Shown: positions 29,654 through 37,839 of the stretch, in pieces | How the letters are laid out: each line of letters starts with the position of its first letter | Position numbering within the stretch: position 1 is the stretch's first letter | IMG/VR virus record: IMGVR_UViG_3300036792_000284 | Location: 1 to 64,000 of that record | From: a virus | Direction: 5' to 3' (one strand) | Length of the DNA: 64,000 bases | Program-made: the position numbers and the translations under genes | Notes under the pieces: generated by a model | Database searches by the model: none | The model's input: only the letters and a program-made list of their open reading frames with translations | What the model was told of the DNA's origin: nothing

Positions 29654-30147
29654 GGTGCCGTCCCGGGGAACGGCTGCGGCGAGCCCGGCTTCAGCATCTG
29701 GCTGACCTCCACCACCTGTACTTCGACGTGGTGCGCGCCGGTCAGGTCCTGCGCCACGTCGGGAATCAGGCGGATCTCGAACGTCCCGAAGATCGGGCCG
29801 GCCACGGCCTGCAGGCGGTCGCCCGCGACCACCAGCGGCACCCCGTTCACGTCGGTCGCCAGGTCAAAGAAGCAGACCCCCGCCCGGTCCGGTGCCCGCC
29901 CGGCCACGATGGGGGCGGGCTGGTCCTTGCCCGGCCGCAGGAACGTCAGGTCCAGGCGGCACTTCAGCAGGCCCGGCTGGTTGAAGATCGGGTCCACGAT
30001 GGTGGCCACCGGGTCCCAGGAGAACGTCATGCCGCCGCCCGCGCCGAGCGTGGGGTCGAGGCGGAGCACCTGGCAGGTGGAGGTGTAGAACATCCGCAGG
30101 CCGCCCTGGCCCGGGGCGAACGGGACGTAAGGCTGCGGGGTCGTCAC
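29650..30147 (-). CDS. Head closure / head-tail joining protein
   Basis: TCQVLR..GDRLQAV..HHVEVQVVE; synteny; CCGATCAC-N6-GTG. Confidence 0.6.
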   Translation of the reverse strand: MTTPQPYVPFAPGQGGLRMFYTSTCQVLRLDPTLGAGGGMTFSWDPVATIVDPIFNQPGLLKCRLDLTFLRPGKDQPAPIVAGRAPDRAGVCFFDLATDVNGVPLVVAGDRLQAVAGPIFGTFEIRLIPDVAQDLTGAHHVEVQVVEVSQMLKPGSPQPFPGTAP

Positions 30148-30150
30148 GTC

Positions 30151-30432
30151 CTAGTGATCGGAGGACGGGTCCTCAGTCCGGAACAGGGTCTTCACGGTGA
30201 GCACCGGGTCAGCGGTCAGCTTGTCCCGCACGAGCGTAACCTCCAGGACCAGCTTCCTGGTCTCGAAGACCGAAGGTGCCAGGGATATGTCGCGAAGACC
30301 CTGCACCTCGACGTCAGGCCCGAGGGCAAGCGGGAAAGACGCCTCGGCGTACAGGTCCTCGCCGTCAACCAGCACGGTGTAGCCGTCCGGGTACTGCATC
30401 ACCAGTGACAGCTTGGCGACCTTCTGCTTCAC
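30151..30432 (-). CDS. Hypothetical protein
   Basis: ORF track; codon pattern. Confidence 0.5.
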   Translation of the reverse strand: MKQKVAKLSLVMQYPDGYTVLVDGEDLYAEASFPLALGPDVEVQGLRDISLAPSVFETRKLVLEVTLVRDKLTADPVLTVKTLFRTEDPSSDH

Positions 30433-30452
30433 GCCAGGCGGCAGCGGGTCCC

Positions 30453-30590
30453 TCACCAGTTCACCCGGCCGTAGAACAGCAGGTCGCCGAGGATGAACAG
30501 CGCGGAGAAGACGCCTGCCGCAGCAGCCATGAACAGCAGGTCGCGGCCCAGTCTCCACAGCAGGCCGTGCTCTGTGGCTCCTCGGTACAT
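30453..30590 (-). CDS. Small membrane protein (45 aa)
   Basis: MYRGATEHGLLWRLGRDLLFMAAAAGVFSALFILGDLLFYGRVNW. Confidence 0.5.
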   Translation of the reverse strand: MYRGATEHGLLWRLGRDLLFMAAAAGVFSALFILGDLLFYGRVNW

Positions 30591-30739
30591 CACATCACCT
30601 GCCATCCGTAGCCGTGGAGGAAATTCCACACCTTGCCGTGCACGCCCTCAGGGAAATACCAGTCGGTAGCCCAGCCTGAGGGGGCCAGGAAGCACCACCA
30701 GTCCCGTACGGTCAGGTGCTCGCGAACCGATCTGCTCAT
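30590..30739 (-). CDS. Small Trp-rich hypothetical protein (49 aa)
   Basis: Overlaps neighbours at start and stop. Confidence 0.45.
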   Translation of the reverse strand: MSRSVREHLTVRDWWCFLAPSGWATDWYFPEGVHGKVWNFLHGYGWQVM

Positions 30740-31182
30740 ATCGCCAGGATCGGCGTGAACCTTTTGACCGGAATGCCGCAGGACTCAGCATAGCGAGCGC
30801 AGTGCCCGGTGCCGTGCGTAACGTGAAACGGCCACCCCGGGTTCGGGGCCTTGCCCCGGCAGGCCTCGCGCTCGCACGGCAGCCCGAAAGCCAGGCAGCC
30901 CCACGCGCCGAGGCGGACCATCATCTCATTGCGGCGGATGCCTGCCGTGCTGTCGTACGTCCCGCGGGGGTACCAGTCAGCCGGGTGCCGCTCGATGTCG
31001 CCGCCCAGGTACTCGGTCCAGAAGGTCTCGCACATCAGGTCGGCGCCGCGCGGGCACCCGCCGGAGACCAGCAGTATGTCTGGGTCGAAATCCCACAGCG
31101 CTTTCAACGGACGGCGGACAGCCTCCCAGTCGTCCCAGTCCTGTGAGCCGGTGACCAGCAGCCGGCGGCGTGGTTCTGTCAT
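30736..31182 (-). CDS. SLOG-family (YspA/DUF2493-like) protein
   Basis: RLLVTGSQDW..LLVSGGCPRGAD..GIRRNEMMV..HGT.HC. Confidence 0.75.
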   Translation of the reverse strand: MTEPRRRLLVTGSQDWDDWEAVRRPLKALWDFDPDILLVSGGCPRGADLMCETFWTEYLGGDIERHPADWYPRGTYDSTAGIRRNEMMVRLGAWGCLAFGLPCEREACRGKAPNPGWPFHVTHGTGHCARYAESCGIPVKRFTPILAI

Positions 31183-31727
31183 GCTCCTGCGGCCTGTGCG
31201 TCGTCTGCAGCATCGGCGGCTACTTCCGCCGTGTGCAGGTCAAAGCAGCCCTGGCACAGCTGAACCGGGTCACACGTCTTGCATATCTCGCCCGACCAGC
31301 GCGGTGCCGGGCGCTTATTGCAGCGGTCGCATATGCCGTCGAACTCGCGCTGAGCCTGCTCCACCATGTCGGCGAACTGGCGGGCCGCGTTGACGATGGC
31401 CTTGACGTCGTCGGGGCGGTCGAGGCGGAACTTGAGCACGCCCATGAAGCCGGTGGCGAAGACGGCCGGGCCGTCCTGGCTGTAAGAGGCGACCGCGTCG
31501 GCCCCGTTCCACCGTGACCGCCACTCCAGGTTCGCGAACTGGAGGCCGGGCTCTTTCGGGGCCACTGCCCGCAGAGCGCTGGCCAGCCCCTCGTTGCCCG
31601 GCAGTTCCACAACCTGGCCGAAAGCCCGCCAGAAGGCTTCCTTGGCAGTGCGCCGTTCTTGAATGGTCACCCGCTCAGGCTTCCCGCCTGAGATGGCGCT
31701 AGCCAGTTCCTTGTAGATATCAGCCAT
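31179..31727 (-). CDS. Hypothetical protein with C-terminal Zn finger
   Basis: CDRC..CKTC..LCQGCF. Confidence 0.65.
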   Translation of the reverse strand: MADIYKELASAISGGKPERVTIQERRTAKEAFWRAFGQVVELPGNEGLASALRAVAPKEPGLQFANLEWRSRWNGADAVASYSQDGPAVFATGFMGVLKFRLDRPDDVKAIVNAARQFADMVEQAQREFDGICDRCNKRPAPRWSGEICKTCDPVQLCQGCFDLHTAEVAADAADDAQAAGA

Positions 31728-31741
31728 GCTGACTGCTACGT

Positions 31742-32320
31742 CTAACCAGGGTCAGCTGGGAAGCTCTCGGCACTGATCGAGAACATGTTCGTGTCGAACT
31801 GGTCGTGGTCGGCCGGGCCGACCAGCTCCGTGCGCTGCGTGTGCTCGTCGAAGTGAATCCAGACCTCGTCGCTGCGGGCGCGCTTTTCAAAGCCGGTGAT
31901 CTGGCCGAAGAAGACGCCGGCCAGCGCCTGGCGCTTGGCGAGCCGCCGGACGGCCAGGTCGAACAGTTGGATGCCCGTCTGCTCCGCCTTGACCTCGATG
32001 GCCTGGGCGTTGCGGGCGATCTCCTGGTCCGGCTTGGCGTAGGAATAGGACCCGATCGACTCGCTTTCCAGCGGGTTGGCGAGCACCTGCTGGTAGGGGA
32101 AGCGCAGGTAGATGTAGTCGCCCATGGCCATGATGCCCATATTGGCCAGCAGCTGGAAGTCGGGTGCCATCCCGGCGTAGTCGTCAGCGCTCAGTTCGGC
32201 CATGACGGTGAACATCAGGGCGGCCTGCAGCAGCGCGGAGTTGACGTAGCTGGTGTAGCTGGCCAGCGGCCGGCCGGAGAAGTCGGCCAGCTCCGCCGCA
32301 GTCGGTACCGGCCAGGTCAC
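31742..32320 (-). CDS. Head-tail adaptor protein
   Basis: PTAAELADF..ALLQAA..ESESIGSYSYAK motif. Confidence 0.75.
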   Translation of the reverse strand: MTWPVPTAAELADFSGRPLASYTSYVNSALLQAALMFTVMAELSADDYAGMAPDFQLLANMGIMAMGDYIYLRFPYQQVLANPLESESIGSYSYAKPDQEIARNAQAIEVKAEQTGIQLFDLAVRRLAKRQALAGVFFGQITGFEKRARSDEVWIHFDEHTQRTELVGPADHDQFDTNMFSISAESFPADPG

Positions 32321-32565
32321 GACGGGCTCCGCAGCCCGGTCAGCAGCATCCGGAACTCGGGCAGGTGAGCTTTCCGGACAGCGGCGTACGCGTCTGCGCC
32401 GGCCTTGTGGCTGGTCGCCCCGGCCTGGCGTGCGTCCGCGTACGCCTGACGGCGCTCGTCCGGGTACCGCTGCGCCAGCATGGTCTGCGCCTTTACGTAG
32501 GCCCGCATGGCGGCCTGGCGCCGTTCCCTGTTCTCGGCGTACCACGCCATCGACCGGGCGCTCAC
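32317..32565 (-). CDS. Hypothetical protein
   Basis: Coupled ORF. Confidence 0.5.
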   Translation of the reverse strand: MSARSMAWYAENRERRQAAMRAYVKAQTMLAQRYPDERRQAYADARQAGATSHKAGADAYAAVRKAHLPEFRMLLTGLRSPS

Positions 32566-33293
32566 GACTGCCCCGCGAAAGCCAGCCGGGCCAGTTCGTG
32601 GCTGGCCGGCAGAATCAGTGCCTCGCCGTCTGCCCGGGCGGCCATGTGCATGGCGTGCACCGGGCTGCCCACGTTGGCCCACAGCACTTGCACCCGGCGG
32701 TCGCCGGACCCGCGCGGCGCGACCGGCACCACCGCCACCTGGTGCCCCTCGCTGTCGGTGACGAACAGGTTGAAGTCAGCCTGCTTGAACGTCTCGATCT
32801 CGACGATGGGCGACGGGTAGTGGTGCACCCCGGCGCCGCGCGGCAACACACCGGAGTGCACGTTGGCAGGCATCGGCACGCTGGCGTTGCAGATGCTGTC
32901 GGTCCACTGCGCGACCCCGGCCGCGTCGGTGACGGGGGTGTCGAGCAGATCGCGGATGCCCAGCTCGGCCACCGCGTCGGGGAAGGCGGCGTACAGCCTG
33001 CGCGCGTTCTGGCGGAGCAGGTCGACGCGCTCCGGATCGGCGCAGAACTGAGCACTCCACTCGATCCCAGCCAGGTTGCGGACGAAGAACCAACCCTGCC
33101 CGTCCTTCAGCCACAGGCCGCCGCCGTGGTGGTCCTGGATGGGCGGGGCACCGTAGTAGGTGCCACTGCCGGCCAGCTCGTGCAACCTGGCCCGCGAGGC
33201 CTTGTACTCCTCGGAGTCCGTGCGGGGCGGGTGGTCGGGGATGTTAATGTCCCACCCGTGGTCCTCGTGCTCGGTGTGCTCGCCGCCGCTCAT
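32562..33293 (-). CDS. His-motif conserved actinobacterial protein (DUF6424-like, possible His-Me nuclease fold)
   Basis: QDHHGGGLW..GIEWSAQFCADP..WTDSICNASVP..H.G..G.HHYP. Confidence 0.55.
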   Translation of the reverse strand: MSGGEHTEHEDHGWDINIPDHPPRTDSEEYKASRARLHELAGSGTYYGAPPIQDHHGGGLWLKDGQGWFFVRNLAGIEWSAQFCADPERVDLLRQNARRLYAAFPDAVAELGIRDLLDTPVTDAAGVAQWTDSICNASVPMPANVHSGVLPRGAGVHHYPSPIVEIETFKQADFNLFVTDSEGHQVAVVPVAPRGSGDRRVQVLWANVGSPVHAMHMAARADGEALILPASHELARLAFAGQS

Positions 33294-33610
33294 GCCGGTG
33301 GAATCGGCGGCGCGGCGACCTCGAAGTAGTCCGCGCCGACCACCTGCACCTCCCCGGTGCCGAGCCACTGGACGGCATAGAGCACGGTTCCCGGGCCTGC
33401 CCACCCGCTGGTGTCGATGTCGTAGTAGTAGACGCCCGTCGACTGCCGGATCACCTGCGCGGAGGCATAGGTGACCGTGGTCACGGCCCCGGCCGCGCCC
33501 GCCTGGTATTGCAGGGTGACGGCAGCGGGGTCCGCCGCCTCGCCGTTCAGGTCGAAGAAGTTGCCGGTCTCGCGGACCAGCGTCCCGGCTATGTAGGTGT
33601 TCGTGCTCAT
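33290..33610 (-). CDS. Small Ig-like virion protein
   Basis: ADPAAVTL..STGVYYYDIDT..W.GTG pattern. Confidence 0.55.
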   Translation of the reverse strand: MSTNTYIAGTLVRETGNFFDLNGEAADPAAVTLQYQAGAAGAVTTVTYASAQVIRQSTGVYYYDIDTSGWAGPGTVLYAVQWLGTGEVQVVGADYFEVAAPPIPPA

Positions 33611-35175
33611 GTGCTGTTCTCCGGTCTCACGTGCGGGGCGGCATTGGCGGGCTGCACCTGCGGCGCGGCATTGGCGGGCTGCACCTGCGGCGCGCCATTG
33701 GCGGGCTGCACCTGCGGCGCGGCATTGGCGGGCTGCGCCCGCGGGGCGGCGTTGGCGGACTGCAGGTGCGGGGCGGCGTTAGCGGACTGCAGGTGCGGGG
33801 CGGCGTTGGCTACCCCGACAGAGCCGGACTGGCCAGGGCTGTTGCCGGTGACAGCGAGAACATCCTGCGCCAGCCCGGTATCGGTCAGGGCCAGGGCCCT
33901 GACCAGGGCAAGCTCGTCGGCGGCGGCCCCGGAGTCTGCTAGCAGCAGCTGTCCGACCGTTAGCTGCTCCGCGGCGGCTCCGCTGTCAGCCAGAGTGACC
34001 AGGACGGCCAACTGGAGAGACTCCGTGCCGGCCCCAGAGTCGGGCAGCCGGACGGTCAGTCCGGCCAGGAACTGCTCAGCCGACTGGCCGGCGTCAGTCA
34101 GGGCCACGGCCACCGTGACGGCCAGATGGTCCAGCCCGGAGCCGGCATCAGCCAGAGGCGCCGCCGAAGACACCGCCAGGGTGTCCGCCCCGGACCCTGA
34201 ATCACTCAGTTGCGGGCTGCTGGTTCCCCCGACCGACAACATGTCAGTGCCGGCGCCGCCGTCAGCCAGCCCCAGGGCCTGCGCCGGAATGGCGAGAGCG
34301 TCCGTCCCGGACCCCAGGTCGGCCAGTGACACGGCCACCTGGCCGACGGCCAGGACATCGGTACCCTGGCCCGCGTCAGCGAGGCTAGTCGCCGCGACCT
34401 GCGAGGTGACCAGGACATCGGCACCCGCGCCGCTGTCGGCCAGGCCGGGCATCACCCCGAGCGCGGCGGACCCGGCCCCGGCTTCAGTGAGGCTGACCGC
34501 CGCGGTCTGGGACGTGACGAGCGTGTCTGTGCCTGTGCCGGCTTCGGCGAGACTCGGCATCACCCCGAGCGCGGCGGCCCCGGCTCCGGCTTCGGTGAGT
34601 GAGACAGGCTGCATCAGGGTCAGCGCATCCGCGCCCAAGCCACTGTCGGCCAGCCCCGGCATCACCCCGAGTGAGGCGGTGCTGGCCCCGGCTTCGGCGA
34701 GTGACACAGCCTGCAGCAGGGTCAGCGCATCCGCGCCCAAGCCGCTGTCGGTGAGCGGTACCGGCTGGGTCGCCGTGAAGGCGTCGGCCCCAGATCCCGC
34801 CTCCGTCAGGCCGGGCAGGACCCCTAGCGCGTCCGAGCCGGTGCCTGATTCGGTCAGGGGAACGGTCGTCACGCCCGTGACCGTCAGGCTGTCAGCCCCG
34901 GCCCCGGCCTCCGCCAGGCTCGGCATCACCCCGAGCGTGTCGGAGCCGGCTCCCGAGTCAGCTAGGGGCGCTGGCTGGGTAAACGCCAGGGAATCGGTTC
35001 CGGCTCCGGTATCGGTAAGCGGGATACCGACCTGTGAAACATCCAGAACATCCGCGCCCGTGCCAGTCTCGGCGAGCGGGACTCCGACCGCGGCCGAGAC
35101 TGCGGGCGGAGTTATGACCTGCTGAGTCCTCCGGTGCCGGCGCCTCCATGCCGCGCTGCCCGGCTGTGTGGCCAC
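33607..35175 (-). CDS. Low-complexity repeat (Ala/Asp/Gly/Ser/Thr) virion fibre-like protein
   Basis: >20 imperfect LADSGAGAD(A/T)LxV units plus C-terminal nonapeptide repeats. Confidence 0.7.
   Translation of the reverse strand: MATQPGSAAWRRRHRRTQQVITPPAVSAAVGVPLAETGTGADVLDVSQVGIPLTDTGAGTDSLAFTQPAPLADSGAGSDTLGVMPSLAEAGAGADSLTVTGVTTVPLTESGTGSDALGVLPGLTEAGSGADAFTATQPVPLTDSGLGADALTLLQAVSLAEAGASTASLGVMPGLADSGLGADALTLMQPVSLTEAGAGAAALGVMPSLAEAGTGTDTLVTSQTAAVSLTEAGAGSAALGVMPGLADSGAGADVLVTSQVAATSLADAGQGTDVLAVGQVAVSLADLGSGTDALAIPAQALGLADGGAGTDMLSVGGTSSPQLSDSGSGADTLAVSSAAPLADAGSGLDHLAVTVAVALTDAGQSAEQFLAGLTVRLPDSGAGTESLQLAVLVTLADSGAAAEQLTVGQLLLADSGAAADELALVRALALTDTGLAQDVLAVTGNSPGQSGSVGVANAAPHLQSANAAPHLQSANAAPRAQPANAAPQVQPANGAPQVQPANAAPQVQPANAAPHVRPENST
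33631..33810 (-). repeat. 27-bp tandem repeat (NAAPQVQPA x ~7)
   Basis: gcggcattggcgggctgcacctgcggc units. Confidence 0.9.
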
Positions 35176-35215
35176 AGCCGCACCCCCTCAGCTAGTTCTC
35201 ACCGCGAAGGGGCGG

Positions 35216-35794
35216 CTAGTTCTCTCCGTACACCTTGAACTGCTGAAGCGTGGTCGTGTTGCTTGAGCTAGCCACAGACCATGTGCCCCACAGCTCCAGG
35301 AACAGGCTGATCTCGTTGTTCAGCGCAGTAAGGGAGTTAGAGAGGATGGCCGCGTTGTAGGCGGTGCCGAAAGCATTCGCTGTCGTACCCGACACCCGCA
35401 CAGCCCCGTTGAACTGGATGGTCGTGCCGGCATTGCCGACCGCCTGGCAGGTGATGTCACCAGTCAGGTCCCAGTTGGAGGTACCTGTAGCGGGGGTGAT
35501 CGTACCCGTGGTGAACAGGGTTGCGCCGCCGACACCCCCGATCGTGCCCGCCGCCACGTCGAGCCCGCCTGCGAAGGCGAACGTTGCGGTGCCTGCCCCT
35601 CCCCCGACCGTGCCCGCCGCCATGATCTTCAGCGCCTTGCCGACCTGGCTGAAGTAGTTAGCCGGGATAATGCACCGGGGCACCGACGTGGAGGCAGCGG
35701 CGGAGATGACCGCCTGCGCTGTGTAGTTGTTCTTTATGACAGGTGCCGGGAGTTCGTACAGCAGCTCCGGCCACGTGTTCGTGTAACTCGACAT
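35216..35794 (-). CDS. Putative structural protein
   Basis: Beta-rich Thr/Gly protein in virion gene cluster. Confidence 0.6.
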   Translation of the reverse strand: MSSYTNTWPELLYELPAPVIKNNYTAQAVISAAASTSVPRCIIPANYFSQVGKALKIMAAGTVGGGAGTATFAFAGGLDVAAGTIGGVGGATLFTTGTITPATGTSNWDLTGDITCQAVGNAGTTIQFNGAVRVSGTTANAFGTAYNAAILSNSLTALNNEISLFLELWGTWSVASSSNTTTLQQFKVYGEN

Positions 35795-35858
35795 GACCGC
35801 CGCCTGTCAGATGAACGTGTAGGTGACGGGGGCGTTCCAGGTCATCATGGTGCCATCC

Positions 35859-36539
35859 TCATGTCCAGGTGTAAGTGACGGTGGCGTTCCAGGTCTGCAC
35901 CGATGTCTTCTGCCCCGCCGCGCATGCCCCGTGAGAGAAGAACGGAGCCGTCTGGATCGTCGCCAACGGGCCTGTCGCGGTTGTCCCCAGGTCCACGCCG
36001 AACTCTGTGATGCCGCTGCCAGTGGAGTCATTAGCTTCAGTGGTGGCGAACTGCGCCCCCAAGATCAGGCCCCCTGTGTGCGTGGACGACACCGTGGGGG
36101 TCGCATTAAGCGGCTTCCAGTTGCTGCCGGTGATGTTCGTGACGGAGGTGAGCCCGGTGTCCGCGTAGTTGCCCGCCGTGTACGCCCCGGAACCCAGGCC
36201 GATGCGCCCCACGCCGCTGGCGAACTTGGTCACCGCCGAACCGGCGACGCCGTTCATGAGCATCTGCCAGCCCGCGTCTTGGATGTTGTTGCAGTCCTCA
36301 GCGAGGACACTCTCGAACGGCTTGCACTTGAGCCGGGCGAAGTCGGCAGCGATCGGCTCCACGCCGGGCCGAATCAGCCGCTGGCCGTCATAGTCCTTGC
36401 GCGTGGCCCACTTGATCTGGTCGAGATCCCACTTCTCCACCAGAAAATTGGTACGGTGCCCGCCGCTTTCCGCGTGGCCTAGGCCGACGTTCAGGCCGAA
36501 GGCTTCGCGCCCGGCCCCTCGCTCCTGCGCCACTGGCAC
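35859..36539 (-). CDS. Putative virion protein (third paralog of the 2921/10678 family)
   Basis: NNIQDAGW..GRIGLG..AQF..EAN..TEFGVD..FFSHG..GQKTSVQTW. Confidence 0.7.
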   Translation of the reverse strand: MPVAQERGAGREAFGLNVGLGHAESGGHRTNFLVEKWDLDQIKWATRKDYDGQRLIRPGVEPIAADFARLKCKPFESVLAEDCNNIQDAGWQMLMNGVAGSAVTKFASGVGRIGLGSGAYTAGNYADTGLTSVTNITGSNWKPLNATPTVSSTHTGGLILGAQFATTEANDSTGSGITEFGVDLGTTATGPLATIQTAPFFSHGACAAGQKTSVQTWNATVTYTWT

Positions 36540-36599
36540 TCCTGTCGCCGGGTAGCCGGCTGCCTCTGGTTTGTCTTCGGCTACAGGCTGTGCAATCGT

Positions 36600-37322
36600 C
36601 TAGCCGAACGCCGGAGCGGGGACTGCCCGGCCGCGGCGCTGCTCGGCGAGGTCCGCCTGGCGGAGCTGCTCTTCGGACGGGCCGGCGAACGCGACCTTGT
36701 TGCCCTGCGGGTCGGTGCCCGCCAGCTGCTCGAAGCTGCCCAGTGCCTCGGTATACGAGCGGCGCCCGGGCCACGGGCCGAAGTCGAACTTCTGCACCCC
36801 CCACCGCTCGATCTGCTGCCAGCGGTTCAGGGTGATCCACGCCAGGGCCTCTGCCCAGCGCGGGTGGTTCGGCCCGATCTCCAGCTCCTGCCCCCGGTAC
36901 CACACCGCGCCGAACGCGGTCAGCCCGTCGGCCACGAAGTGGATGAGCACCGCCTCGCCCTCGGCGGGAACGTAGGACGGCGGAGCGGCCTCAAACTGCG
37001 CGGCGGCGGCCATCGCCTCGGCGTGCTGGCGGTCGCGCTCGGCCCGCTCGGCAGGGGTCAGCTCCCCGGCGGGGCGGGGACGCATCAGCTCGCCGGCCAC
37101 CGGGAGGGCGGCGCCCATCGGCAGCCCGCAGGCGGCGCAGAACCGGGAGTCGGGGTGGTTCTCGTGACCCAGTGCGCACCGGGCAATCTCCGTTGGAGCG
37201 TCAGAGGCAACTTCCAACGAACGGGCCTGTTCCGTTGGAACGTCGGCTGACCTGCTGGGGCGCAGCCGCTCGGAAGCGGCCACCACATCGACGACGACCT
37301 GCTGGCCGCTAAGTCCTGCCAT
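36600..37322 (-). CDS. Zinc-ribbon-containing hypothetical protein
   Basis: CALGHENHPDSRFCAACG; CCGATTCC-N6-ATG. Confidence 0.7.
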   Translation of the reverse strand: MAGLSGQQVVVDVVAASERLRPSRSADVPTEQARSLEVASDAPTEIARCALGHENHPDSRFCAACGLPMGAALPVAGELMRPRPAGELTPAERAERDRQHAEAMAAAAQFEAAPPSYVPAEGEAVLIHFVADGLTAFGAVWYRGQELEIGPNHPRWAEALAWITLNRWQQIERWGVQKFDFGPWPGRRSYTEALGSFEQLAGTDPQGNKVAFAGPSEEQLRQADLAEQRRGRAVPAPAFG

Positions 37323-37349
37323 GCGGGAGGAATCGGCGGCAGGGCACGC

Positions 37350-37383
37350 AAAAGGGGCCCGGTTTGCGACCCGGGCCCCTTTT
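37350..37383. terminator. Bidirectional intrinsic terminator
   Basis: aaaaggggcccgg-tttgcgac-ccgggcccctttt. Confidence 0.8.
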
Positions 37384-37401
37384 GCAGTGACTCCCCCGTG
37401 C

Positions 37402-37518
37402 TTACCTGCTCACCGGGAAGGCGCCGGCGCTGGTGATGCGCCGGTCCAGGCCGAAGCCCGCTTCGGTGTCGAGTTCGGCGGCGGGGGCGATAGCGGCACC
37501 CTGGCTGTTACTGAACAT
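37402..37518 (-). CDS. 38-aa peptide MFSNSQGAAIAPAAELDTEAGFGLDRRITSAGAFPVSR
   Basis: Strong RBS taggag; lies between a consensus promoter and a terminator. Confidence 0.5.
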   Translation of the reverse strand: MFSNSQGAAIAPAAELDTEAGFGLDRRITSAGAFPVSR

Positions 37519-37782
37519 GACTGCTCCTATGAGTTGGGTGAGAATGACCCGAAATCGGGAGGGACGACTCGCGGCCCTGCTTCGGTCCCGCAGGCTCGTA
37601 CTGGGTCGTGGCCTGGACCCGGTCTCCCGGATGGCGGCGTCCGCCCCTCCCTCATTCCCGGTGCCGGGTCCGAGGGGAAAACCCTCGTGCCGCGGCACGC
37701 TAACTACTACGTCCGAGGATGCAGCAACCTGCGTGCACGTGCATCCGGGTCGTGCAAACTTCAGGAACGTTTAAGGTACGTG

Positions 37783-37811
37783 ATCATAGGAAAGGCCCCG
37801 ATTCTTGTCAA
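37783..37811 (-). promoter_or_regulatory. Consensus housekeeping promoter TTGACA-17-TATGAT
   Basis: Read directly; overlaps the post-capsid terminator hairpin. Confidence 0.8.
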
Positions 37812-37829
37812 GAGTCAAGAATCGGGGCC
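37794..37829. terminator. Hairpin after major capsid gene
   Basis: ggccccgattcttg-N8-caagaatcggggcc. Confidence 0.7.
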
Positions 37830-37839
37830 CGCCTAAGAG

